Assembly: GCA_030652315.1 (NCBI GenBank)
Contig: JAUSAX010000122.1
Span: 2,520-66,519, forward strand
Origin: Afipia sp.
GTDB lineage: Bacteria; Pseudomonadota; Alphaproteobacteria; Rhizobiales; Xanthobacteraceae
Direction: 5' to 3'
DNA length: 64,000 nucleotides
Both the position numbers and the translations under genes were made by a program. Below, piece by piece: positions 17,772 to 26,853 of the stretch. The number at the start of each line of letters is the position of its first letter. Position 1 is the first letter of the stretch. Under the pieces are notes generated by a model, which was not told where the DNA came from, ran no database searches, and was given only the letters and a program-made list of their open reading frames with translations.

Positions 17772-17930
17772 GTGAGTGATCCGGAGCAAGACAATCGCAA
17801 ACGCAACCTGAAAATCGCCGAGAACGAGGCGACACGCGAACTCAAAAGCGACGTCCGCCTGACAACCTGGGCGATCGGTGTCGCGGTCGTCATCGGGTTG
17901 ATCGTTCTTGCGCTCTTTCTGAAGCGATGA
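17772..17930 (+). CDS. 52-aa single-pass membrane protein, not in ORF track
   Basis: AGGAGA SD and GTG start; charged N-terminus, then TWAIGVAVVIGLIVLALFL followed by KR. Confidence 0.6.
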   Translation: MSDPEQDNRKRNLKIAENEATRELKSDVRLTTWAIGVAVVIGLIVLALFLKR

Positions 17931-17994
17931 AGTCAGGCACGCCCGCACCCGCGCCTTCGCGCGATGCGAGCGGCGGCCTGAACCAATCCCGAGG

Positions 17995-18492
17995 CTATTT
18001 ATCGAAGGTCATGTCCACGCATTTCATGACATCCGGCCCGACGCCGACGCTGAGGATGATGCATCCCTTCGCGCTGAGCTTGGAGCGGTCGCTGACCCAG
18101 ATCGCGGACCCGCCGGAGCCGAAGAATGCATTCGTGTTCGGCGGCTCGGTTTCGGTCGCGTCGAATGCGTAGTCCGAATCTCCGGGAAATATACGGGCCT
18201 TCAATTTGCAGGAACCGTCGGTATCGACCTTGAGCACTTCCTTGTTGTCGCGGGTCACGCCGACGGTTACCTGGCATCGATAGAATTCGGATGTCCGTGA
18301 GTTGAAAATGTAAGCGAAGGACTTACAGTTGATGTTCTGGAGCTTGCCCGCGGTGAGGCCGCGACCGCAGGCTATCCGCTGGTTGCTGCTCAGCTTGATT
18401 TCGTCGGCCGCGCGGGCGTCCGTGACGCTGGAAAACGTAGTGAGAGCGAGAGCCGGCAAAAGTCCAAAAAAGAATCCGCGAAACTTCTTCAT
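17995..18492 (-). CDS. secreted hypothetical protein with 6 Cys
   Basis: Signal peptide ending ARA; no recognisable domain. Confidence 0.7.
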   Translation of the reverse strand: MKKFRGFFFGLLPALALTTFSSVTDARAADEIKLSSNQRIACGRGLTAGKLQNINCKSFAYIFNSRTSEFYRCQVTVGVTRDNKEVLKVDTDGSCKLKARIFPGDSDYAFDATETEPPNTNAFFGSGGSAIWVSDRSKLSAKGCIILSVGVGPDVMKCVDMTFDK

Positions 18493-18605
18493 CGATTATC
18501 CCCTATTGCGCATGCCGCATCGCGGCGAAATCATGCCGGGCACCGCACGTCCGGCCCCGACTCTAATGCAGTTTGTACAGATAGGCTATCGGCCAGCCGG
18601 TTTCC

Positions 18606-19508
18606 TCAGTGCGCAAGGGCCTGCGCTCTCAAATGCTCCACGGCGCTCAGCAGGCGGCTTTGGCCCTGCTCGCCGATGGCCGCCTCACGCGCTTCCTGGA
18701 TGGCGTCACCGAGCTTCGGAAGCGGGAGGTCCCCGTCGCATGTCGGTTTGACCAGGCGGTCGACAATCACGTTCCACTGCGCAAGACCGCTCTCGTAGGC
18801 GTCGCCGTGCCCCTTGATGAGGTTGGCGGTACGTACGATCGCAATGGTTGCATCGGGCTGTTTCACGAGGCTGCGGTCGACCATATGAAGCCACCGCTCA
18901 ACCCACACGCGCTCCAGCTTGAATCGCTCGGAAAACGGTCGCGTGATCCGCAGGGCAGCAAGCCATCTCAGCTTGCGAAGTGAAAACCGGCTCGCAGAAC
19001 TGAACCGTAGCTTGACCGACCGGTGTGTCAGCCGCGCCAGCCGCAGCCGCTGGAAAATATCCAGTGCGGGGCTCACTACCGCGGATGGAAGCATCCGGAT
19101 CACCTCATCCCAGTGAAACCGCTCCACCCAGTCGGTCGACGATGCGTTGGGCTCGGCATTCACACCGCCGGCGTCGGCCAGCTTGAGCTGCGCCACGCGG
19201 ATCGGATCCTCGAAGTGCATCCGGTCCGACAGGAGTTGCGCCAGTTCGGCAAGATTGGGCACGGTAACCCCGACCGGCCCGATATAACGGCCGATCCGGT
19301 CGAGATAGGCCAGCGCGTAATCGGGATCCTGGTAGTCGATCAGCGATTGAACGGCTTCGCTCACGATGGGAACGACGTCGGGCGGCAGGCGCGCCGACAG
19401 CCGCGCCAGCGCCGCGCGCGCCACTCGCGGATCGCGGGTCTCCTCACCGAAATAGCGTTCCTTGAGCAGCCGGAACGGTGACGGCGGGACTTTGACTCGT
19501 ATTTTCAT
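18606..19508 (-). CDS. stand-alone DUF6537 / indolepyruvate oxidoreductase C-terminal-like helical protein
   Basis: LIDYQDPDYALAYLDR, M.FED.IRVAQLK and L.KGHGD segments; ATGA overlap with the upstream gene. Confidence 0.7.
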   Translation of the reverse strand: MKIRVKVPPSPFRLLKERYFGEETRDPRVARAALARLSARLPPDVVPIVSEAVQSLIDYQDPDYALAYLDRIGRYIGPVGVTVPNLAELAQLLSDRMHFEDPIRVAQLKLADAGGVNAEPNASSTDWVERFHWDEVIRMLPSAVVSPALDIFQRLRLARLTHRSVKLRFSSASRFSLRKLRWLAALRITRPFSERFKLERVWVERWLHMVDRSLVKQPDATIAIVRTANLIKGHGDAYESGLAQWNVIVDRLVKPTCDGDLPLPKLGDAIQEAREAAIGEQGQSRLLSAVEHLRAQALAH

Positions 19509-20149
19509 GACGAGGCCTGAGCACTGCTTTGGGCGAGTTGGGCCTCAAGCTTTCCGACATTCTGAAACAGGCGCGCGCTGACCAGCCGCAGGAAATAGAA
19601 TCCGAACTCCGGATTCTGGACGTAAAGCTCCTGCACCTTTGAATAGGTCACGCTGAGCACCAGCCCGCCCTCGAGACATTCAAGGGTCTGGGTCCGCTTG
19701 TTGGATGGCGACAGCATTCCGAGTTCGCCGACAATGGCGCCAACCGGAAGCTCGATACCGGATTCGACCAGCCGGTAACGGCCGCTGACGATGTAGAACA
19801 TCTCCTCGGCCTGTTCGTGCTTGTAGAACAGCACTTCGCCAGTCGCACACTTTCGCTCTGTCATGAACGGCTTCAGCCACGCCATCGACAGATCGCTGCT
19901 GACCGAGCGCTTGACCTCGCGAACCAGCAGCAGCATTTCCCGCAGCCGGTAGATATTGAGCGGCAGCAGGATCATGTGCAGCACCATCACGGGGTAGTGG
20001 TGGTTACCGATAGAAAACGCGATGAACACGACGTTGGTGAGAATGCCGAAGATGCGGAGCGGGATCATCGTTCGCATCGTGTAGCCCGCGACCACGAACG
20101 CGGACGCGATAAACCCGCCGGCTCCAGAAACGAGACCTGTCATATCCAT
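19505..20149 (-). CDS. membrane-anchored cyclic-nucleotide-binding protein without HTH
   Basis: About 3 N-terminal TM helices (IPLR...LPLNIYRL); CNBD with GELGM...RT phosphate-binding cassette. Confidence 0.85.
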   Translation of the reverse strand: MDMTGLVSGAGGFIASAFVVAGYTMRTMIPLRIFGILTNVVFIAFSIGNHHYPVMVLHMILLPLNIYRLREMLLLVREVKRSVSSDLSMAWLKPFMTERKCATGEVLFYKHEQAEEMFYIVSGRYRLVESGIELPVGAIVGELGMLSPSNKRTQTLECLEGGLVLSVTYSKVQELYVQNPEFGFYFLRLVSARLFQNVGKLEAQLAQSSAQASS

Positions 20150-20311
20150 GGGAATCGACCTGATGCTGAAGGATGTTTGACGCGTATTATGCCGTTCCGC
20201 GCCTTGCGGAACAACGGTTGTCACCTCTGACGCCGTTATTCAGGCGTCAATCTCGATATGACGCCCACCATGACCGGCGGATGATACCGGCAGCGCAGTG
20301 CACTGCGTTGC

Positions 20312-21142
20312 TCAAAGTTCGATGGACAGACCTTCGCTGGCGACGATGGTCCCTGCCCGCGCCTTTGCGGCGGCCGCAGCTATGCGATCCATCTCGTCGT
20401 CGTCATGCTCGGGGTCGTGATGAAACAGGCAGAGCGTCCCGGCGCCCGCCTCATCGGCAAGCTGGACCGCCTGTTGCCAGCTCGAATGCCCCCAGCCGAC
20501 GTGTTCCGGCAATTCCTCGTCCGTGTATGTCGTGTCGATGACGACAAGCGCCGCGTCCTTTGCGAGAGCGAGCAAGGCCGGATCGATCGAGCTCCCGCTC
20601 AGCTCGGTGTCGGTGATGTAGGCAAAGACACGGCCGCCGAACTCCACACGGTAGCCGGTCGCGCCGCCGGGATGATTGAGCGCCGCAGTTTGGACCTTGA
20701 TCCCGGGCCGCGGAGAGAGCGTCTCGCCGGGTACAAAATCGGTAAACTCGATGGCGCCCTGCGCGGTTCCGATCTCGATCGGAAACAGCGGATAGCTCAT
20801 CAGCTTCCGCACCGTTTCCTTGATCCCGCCGGCGGGCTGCAGATTTCCCGCCCACAACCGGAGCCGGCTGCCGCTATCGAAGACCGGCGTAAAAAACGGA
20901 AGGCCAATAATGTGATCGATGTGCGAGTGGCTCAAAAACAAATCGAGGTCCGTCCGCGCGGCCTCTTCGCTCAGCGCGTTGCCGAGCAGACGAAGCCCCG
21001 ATCCGGCATCGAATACAAGGCGATGGTCGCCGCACTTTACCTCAACGCATGACGTATTGCCGCCGTAGCGCACGGTGTTGGGGCCTGGACACGGAATGCT
21101 CCCACGAACACCCCAGAACCGCACAGACATTGTGGTCGACAT
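20312..21142 (-). CDS. metallo-beta-lactamase fold hydrolase, candidate cyclic-nucleotide phosphodiesterase
   Basis: RFWGVRGSIP, YGGNTSC, HSHIDH, HPGG, TDTE, GH and HHDP motifs. Confidence 0.85.
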   Translation of the reverse strand: MSTTMSVRFWGVRGSIPCPGPNTVRYGGNTSCVEVKCGDHRLVFDAGSGLRLLGNALSEEAARTDLDLFLSHSHIDHIIGLPFFTPVFDSGSRLRLWAGNLQPAGGIKETVRKLMSYPLFPIEIGTAQGAIEFTDFVPGETLSPRPGIKVQTAALNHPGGATGYRVEFGGRVFAYITDTELSGSSIDPALLALAKDAALVVIDTTYTDEELPEHVGWGHSSWQQAVQLADEAGAGTLCLFHHDPEHDDDEMDRIAAAAAKARAGTIVASEGLSIEL

Positions 21143-21277
21143 GAAAAAACTCAATGAATCTTTCGCGAGAATTGCACGCGGCGGTCATACTCACCAGCAT
21201 GATACCGTGCAGCGGTCATCAAAAAAATGGCTTGCCAGACGGTCATGTGGACGGTAGCGGCGGCCTTTCGCCTCATT

Positions 21278-23530
21278 CTATTTGGTTGTCAGGGCAACGA
21301 CACCGTTCCAGTCGTCCGGCGGCGGAGTTTTGCGGAATGTTTCGATCCGCTCGGAATAGAGGTCATAGAGCACGCTGAAGCTCCGCGCTTCGTCGGCAGT
21401 GCGGCCCTTCGCGATTGCAGCGAGAGCGCCGTCCCAATCGCGGCTGCGGTAGTGGCCCAGCATCTCGATGTTGAGGTTGCGCAGGCGCTGAAACGGCCCC
21501 GATTTGGCAACATCTTCCCGCCCGACGATCGCATAAATCACCTCGGGCTCCTTCTTGCCCTTCACGGTGATGAAATCGATTTCGAGGATCGCGAACTTGT
21601 CCTTTGCCGCCAGCGCCGTCGCCGATCCCGCGATGATCGGCACCCCGTAGGACTTCGACTGCCCCTCAAGCCGCGAGGCCAGGTTCACGCTGTCACCCAG
21701 CACCGAATAGTCGAATCGCAGGTTGGACCCCATGTTACCGACCACGCAGGTCCCGGTATTCAGACCGATGCCGACACGCATCGGAATGAACGGCTTGCCA
21801 GCCTCATTTGCCTCGCGCTCACGTTCAACATTCAGCGCCTCGATGCGGTCGATCATGTCGAGCGCTGCATTGCACGCGTTGATCTGATGTTGCTGATCGC
21901 TCAACGGCGCGTTCCAGAACGCCCTGGTGGCGTCGCCCATGTACTTGTCGATAGTGCCCTTGCGATCGAGGATCGCATTGGTGAGCGGTGTCAGGAACCG
22001 GTTCATCAGCGATGTCAGGCCTTGCGGATCCCGCTTGAACTGCTCTGAGATGGCAGTGAAGCCGCGCACGTCGCTGAACATGATGGTCATGTCCCGCTCC
22101 TCGCCGCCGAGCACGAGCTTCTCCGGCGACTGCGCCAGCTGTTCAACCAGCGCCGGCGACAGGTACTGTCCGAAGGCCGAACGGATACGGCGGCGCTGCG
22201 CCTGTTCGCGAAAGTAGCTGCTGAACACCAGCACCAGATAGATCGCGGTGCTCGCGATCAGCGGAAACGTGAAATCGATCAGCAGCCGGTGCTCTGCGAA
22301 GAAGTACCAGGACGTCGCCACCATGATGCTGACAATGACGGCGCCGAACACCAGCAGCGAGATGGCGCTGAGGATCGGCGCGAGCCAGATAATCGCGATT
22401 CCGAACAGGATCGCGGCCAGCACCTCCGCGCCGATCGCATAGTTCGGCTGCGACAGCACCGAGCGGGTCAGCGCGCTCTCCAGCACCTGCGCGTGAACCT
22501 CGACGCCCGGCATCACCGGATCAAGCGGTGTGGTCTTCACGTCCAGCAATCCGACAGCCGAGGTGCCGATCAGGATCAACTTGCGCGAAATCTGATCGGG
22601 ACCGACCACACCGTCCAGCACATCGGCTGCCGATACATAACGCGCCGCATCGTGTTTCGCGAAATGCACCCAAAGCTGGCCGTTGCGATCGGTGGGGACT
22701 TCAAATCCGGGCACCGCCACGCTCTTCACGCCAGCCTCGTCCGACTTGATGAGGATGGTGTCGGACTTGGTGACGATACGCAGCATCTCGAACGTCAGCG
22801 AGGGCATCAATTCGCCCTGCGCCAGCATGACCATCGGGACGCGGCGGACGATACCGTCGCGCTCGGTGCGGATCGTGAACAGGCCGCGCCCGGGAGCGGC
22901 CTCCTCAAGCACCGGAATATTCCGCAGCAGCCCCGGGAATTGCAGCAGGAACGGCCGTGGGTCGCCGCCCAGCGTCGCAAGTCCCGTGAGGGGTAACTTC
23001 AGCTCAGGCTGCGGCACAAACCTCGGCAGGCCGGATTCGCCGAGGACCGCAGGTGATTTCCGCAGCACGTCGGCGAGCACCTGATCGTTGCTGGGCAGCG
23101 CCCGCAACTTCGTCCGGCTCTCCTCATCAAGATCGCGAAACGCGTCCGCAGCCACCCCCGGCGAAAGCCGGTCCTGCTCCGCGAAGACGATATCGAAGGC
23201 AATTGCGGCGGCGCCGAGATCGGTCAGCCGCTGAACAAGGTCGGCGACGCGCGTGCGCGGCCACGGCCATTGCCCGAACTTGGCGAGGCTTTTCTCGTCG
23301 ATGTCGATAATGACGACGGGGCGCTGCGTGGTCTCGCGCGGCTTGAGGATTTGATATCCATCGAAGGTGCGGACACGCAACTCTTCGAGCGGGATCGGAT
23401 CGGCAATGCGAACACCGAGCATCGCGATCAGAAGCAAAAGACACAACAGCCGCGCGTAGCCGAACAGCTTCGCATAACGCCTGATACGCGCGAGAAAACG
23501 CACCGCCGATTTCATTACCGCCCGCACCAT
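21278..23530 (-). CDS. CHASE2-domain class III adenylate cyclase
   Basis: Periplasmic CHASE2 (IDIDEKSL...GQWPWPR), 3 TM helices, then FSDVRGFT, IDKYMGD and FDYSVLGDSVNLASRLE (adenine-specifying K/D; catalytic D, D, N, R). Confidence 0.92.
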   Translation of the reverse strand: MVRAVMKSAVRFLARIRRYAKLFGYARLLCLLLLIAMLGVRIADPIPLEELRVRTFDGYQILKPRETTQRPVVIIDIDEKSLAKFGQWPWPRTRVADLVQRLTDLGAAAIAFDIVFAEQDRLSPGVAADAFRDLDEESRTKLRALPSNDQVLADVLRKSPAVLGESGLPRFVPQPELKLPLTGLATLGGDPRPFLLQFPGLLRNIPVLEEAAPGRGLFTIRTERDGIVRRVPMVMLAQGELMPSLTFEMLRIVTKSDTILIKSDEAGVKSVAVPGFEVPTDRNGQLWVHFAKHDAARYVSAADVLDGVVGPDQISRKLILIGTSAVGLLDVKTTPLDPVMPGVEVHAQVLESALTRSVLSQPNYAIGAEVLAAILFGIAIIWLAPILSAISLLVFGAVIVSIMVATSWYFFAEHRLLIDFTFPLIASTAIYLVLVFSSYFREQAQRRRIRSAFGQYLSPALVEQLAQSPEKLVLGGEERDMTIMFSDVRGFTAISEQFKRDPQGLTSLMNRFLTPLTNAILDRKGTIDKYMGDATRAFWNAPLSDQQHQINACNAALDMIDRIEALNVEREREANEAGKPFIPMRVGIGLNTGTCVVGNMGSNLRFDYSVLGDSVNLASRLEGQSKSYGVPIIAGSATALAAKDKFAILEIDFITVKGKKEPEVIYAIVGREDVAKSGPFQRLRNLNIEMLGHYRSRDWDGALAAIAKGRTADEARSFSVLYDLYSERIETFRKTPPPDDWNGVVALTTK

Positions 23531-23548
23531 GCCGCTAGCCGATACCCG

Positions 23549-24946
23549 TCATTTTTCCCGGAATGCACGCATGAGCTGGTCGCTGAACGGCTTCGCGAGA
23601 TAGGATATCATGGTGCGCTCGCCCGTCTGCACAAAAGCCTCGACCGGCATGCCGGGCATCAGCCTGACATCCCCGAGCCGCGCCACTTCTGCCGGCGGCA
23701 GCGAGACGCGGACGGTGTAATAGCTCTGGCCAGTGCGCTGGTCGATCGTAGTGTCCGGCGAAATCCGGCTGATGGTGCCGTTCAGTTCCGGCGTGGTGCG
23801 CTGATTGAAGGCTGACAGCCGGAGCAGCGTCTTCTGGCCGATCCGCAACTGATCGATGTCCTGCGGATTGACCTTGGCCTCGACGGACAGATTGTCGGAG
23901 TCCGGCACGATCAGCATGACCGCATCGCCGGCGGTGATGACACCGCCGACGGTGTGGACCGTCGACTGAAGCACCATGCCGTCCTGCGGGGCGCGAATAT
24001 CGATGCGGCGCAGCTGATCCTCGGCCGTCACCTTGCGTTCGACGAACTCGCCGATCTTGTCGTTGATCTCGCGCATCTCCTTGGAGACCTCGCTGGAGAG
24101 ATCCTTGTCGATCTGGATGATCTGTAGTTCGATCTCCGTGATTTTGCCCTTGGCCTGCGCCTTCTGGGCGACGAATTGCGCACGGTCGCCGTCGAGCCGT
24201 GCTGCGTCCCGCTCAAGAACGGTCAGCCGTGAAATCTGCACAAGGTTCTTGGCGAACAGATCGCGGACGCCAACAAGCTCCTTCTGGATGAGTTCAATCT
24301 CGCGCGACTTGGCGTTCTCCTGCGCCTCAAGGCCGCCGATCTCCTCCTTGAGCTGGGCGATACGCTCCTTGAGCTGGGCCTTCTGGTTGACCCGACCGGA
24401 TGAGCGCACCTGAAACAGCTTGACCTCGTTGCCGATCAGCGACCGAACATCCGGATTGGCGAACGATTCCATCAGCTCTGGCGGAAAAGTAATGCGTTCT
24501 GCGCCATCCTGCTCCGCCAGCAATCGTGCCCGGCGCGCCCACAATCCGTCCAGGCCTTTGGTGACAATGGCAAGACTTGCCTTGGTCACCGTGTCGTCGA
24601 GGCGAACCACGACGTCACCGGCCTTGACGCGGTCGCCGTCGCGCGCCCTCACCTCGCCGACGACACCGCCTGTCGGGTGCTGCACTTTCTTGACGTTGGA
24701 ATCGACCACGATGGAGCCGGGCGCGATCAGCGCGCCGGATATCTGCGCGGTCGAGGCCCAGCCGCCGATGCCGCATGTCAGCAGCGTGACGACGACAAGT
24801 CCCACGATCAAATGAAAACGGATGGACCTGCGCGATCCCGGCTGATCGAGGCTCTTGAAGATCGAGAGGCGTTCGAGCGGTGAAAACAAGGCGGTGAAGA
24901 TGCGGCGCACAATGTTTTCTGTTCTGGCGAGGGGCGGCTTGCTCAT
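23549..24946 (-). CDS. HlyD-family type I secretion membrane fusion protein (PrtE/PrsE-like)
   Basis: VQHPTGG, IRAPQDG and PGMPVEAF..TGERT motifs; long coiled coil. Confidence 0.93.
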   Translation of the reverse strand: MSKPPLARTENIVRRIFTALFSPLERLSIFKSLDQPGSRRSIRFHLIVGLVVVTLLTCGIGGWASTAQISGALIAPGSIVVDSNVKKVQHPTGGVVGEVRARDGDRVKAGDVVVRLDDTVTKASLAIVTKGLDGLWARRARLLAEQDGAERITFPPELMESFANPDVRSLIGNEVKLFQVRSSGRVNQKAQLKERIAQLKEEIGGLEAQENAKSREIELIQKELVGVRDLFAKNLVQISRLTVLERDAARLDGDRAQFVAQKAQAKGKITEIELQIIQIDKDLSSEVSKEMREINDKIGEFVERKVTAEDQLRRIDIRAPQDGMVLQSTVHTVGGVITAGDAVMLIVPDSDNLSVEAKVNPQDIDQLRIGQKTLLRLSAFNQRTTPELNGTISRISPDTTIDQRTGQSYYTVRVSLPPAEVARLGDVRLMPGMPVEAFVQTGERTMISYLAKPFSDQLMRAFREK

Positions 24947-26709
24947 GGTTGGCCTCCTCCTCCCTTGTCCGACACGATCTTGATGGCGGGCGGGGCCGCG
25001 ACAGGGCGCTGCAGCACCTGGCCGAGGACAGCCTCCTTTGGTCCGAATGCCTGAACCCGCCCGTCCTTCAAGACCAGAACGAGATCGACGCTCTCGATGC
25101 CGATCGGGCGATGGGCGACCACGACAACAACGCCGCCCCGCGCGCGGACCGCAAGGATGGCCTTGTTCAGCGCCACATCGCCTTCGCTGTCGAGGTTGGA
25201 ATTCGGCTCATCCAGCACCACGAGAAACGGATTGCCGTAGAGCGCCCGCGCCAGCGCGATCCGCTGGGCCTGTCCGGCCGACAGCACGCTGCCCTGATCG
25301 CCGATCTGGGTATCATAGCCGTCCTTCATGCCGATGATCAGGTCGTGGACGCGGGCTTCCCGGGCAGCCGCAATAATATTATCCGGCGACGCATCGTCCT
25401 CGAAGCGCGAAATGTTCTGGGCGATGGTGCCGGCGAACAGCTCCACGTCCTGCGGCAGGTAGCCGATATGGCGGCCGAGGATTTCCGGCGACCATTGGTC
25501 GAGCGCTGCGCCGTCGAGCCGCACCTTGCCGCGGAGCGGCTGCCAGACGCCGACCAGCGCCCGCACCAGCGAGGATTTGCCCGATCCGCTGGGACCGATG
25601 ATGCCGACGCCCTGCCCCGCCTCAAGTGCGAACGTGATGTCCTGCCCCACCACCTTCTGTTCGCCCGGGGGGGCGATGGTGAGCGCCTCGACGGAGACCT
25701 TGTTGGCCGGGGTTTCAAGCAGGGTCGGAGCGCTTTGTTCCGGCAGCATGCCCAGCAGCCGGTTGAGCCGGTGCCAGCTTTGCCGGGCGGCCACGAAACC
25801 CTTCCAGTGTGCAATCGCGAGATCGACCGGCGCCAGCGCCCGGGCGCTGAGGATCGACCCGGCAATGATGATGCCCGCGGTCGCCTGCTGGTTGATGACC
25901 AGATAGGCGCCGACGCCGAGCACGGCGGATTGCAGCATCATGCGCATCACCTTGGCGATGGCGCCGAGCCCGCCCGCGACGTCGCTGGCCCGCTGGTTGC
26001 TCGCGAGGTAGTCGCGGTTGGACTCCTCCCATTGCCTGCCGACACGGCCCGCCATGCCCATCGCGGCCAGCACCTCGGCATTGCGGCGGCTCGCCAGCGC
26101 AAGGTCCTGCCGGCGCATCGCCAGGCCCGTGGAGCGCTTCATGGGGTCGTTGGTCAGGTATTCGGTCAGGATGGTCAGCGCGATCAGGAGAATGGCGCCG
26201 ACCAGCGCGGTCACGCCGATCAGGGGATGGAAGGCGAAACAGATCGCGAGATAGAGCGGCAGCCACGGCAGATCGAACAGCGCGCCCGGCCCCATGCCCG
26301 AGAGGAACGACCGGACGTTGTCGAGATCGCGCAGCGGCTGAAGGCCCTCGCTGCGGTTACCCACGAGCAGCGGCATCCGCACGACGATGTCATAGACGCG
26401 ACGGCTGAGCATTTCGTCCAGCGTCGATCCGATCCGGATCAGGATACGGCCGCGGATCAGATCGAGGATGCCCTGAACGACGTAGAGACCGCCCGCCAGC
26501 ACGATCAGGCCAACAAGCGTCGGAATGCTGCGGCTCGGCAGCACCCGGTCATAGACCTCGAGCATGAAGAAGGAGCCGGTCAGGTAGAGAATGTTGATGA
26601 CAAAGCTCATCACGCCGACGCCGATGAACGCGCTGCGGCAGGCGCGAAGCGCCACGCCCAGTTCGGAACGGGGCGAATGAGCCTGACCTGATGTCTTAGC
26701 GGACTGCAT
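24943..26709 (-). CDS. type I secretion ABC permease/ATPase (PrtD/PrsD-like)
   Basis: YDRVLPS, GPSGSGKS, LSAGQAQR and LDEPNSNLD motifs. Confidence 0.94.
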   Translation of the reverse strand: MQSAKTSGQAHSPRSELGVALRACRSAFIGVGVMSFVINILYLTGSFFMLEVYDRVLPSRSIPTLVGLIVLAGGLYVVQGILDLIRGRILIRIGSTLDEMLSRRVYDIVVRMPLLVGNRSEGLQPLRDLDNVRSFLSGMGPGALFDLPWLPLYLAICFAFHPLIGVTALVGAILLIALTILTEYLTNDPMKRSTGLAMRRQDLALASRRNAEVLAAMGMAGRVGRQWEESNRDYLASNQRASDVAGGLGAIAKVMRMMLQSAVLGVGAYLVINQQATAGIIIAGSILSARALAPVDLAIAHWKGFVAARQSWHRLNRLLGMLPEQSAPTLLETPANKVSVEALTIAPPGEQKVVGQDITFALEAGQGVGIIGPSGSGKSSLVRALVGVWQPLRGKVRLDGAALDQWSPEILGRHIGYLPQDVELFAGTIAQNISRFEDDASPDNIIAAAREARVHDLIIGMKDGYDTQIGDQGSVLSAGQAQRIALARALYGNPFLVVLDEPNSNLDSEGDVALNKAILAVRARGGVVVVVAHRPIGIESVDLVLVLKDGRVQAFGPKEAVLGQVLQRPVAAPPAIKIVSDKGGGGQP

Positions 26710-26853
26710 CGATACCTGGCTTGCCGGCTGCTGTCAGAACGCCAATCTGCGGTTCTTGAATCGTGCGCGGCGACCGGTCCATCATGCCATGACACGGGTG
26801 GGGATTGCAGCCGGAAACATGATCGAAGTTAACGTTTCCGCCCCTCCCACGCA

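Noticed and set aside
20194-20212. Clr/Crp box upstream of the CNBD gene
   Set aside because: Half-site spacing is longer than in the TGTT...AACA Clr box as I recall it, and it does not match TGTGA-N6-TCACA
24949-26691. 580-aa plus-strand ORF
   Set aside because: Antisense shadow of the T1SS ABC transporter
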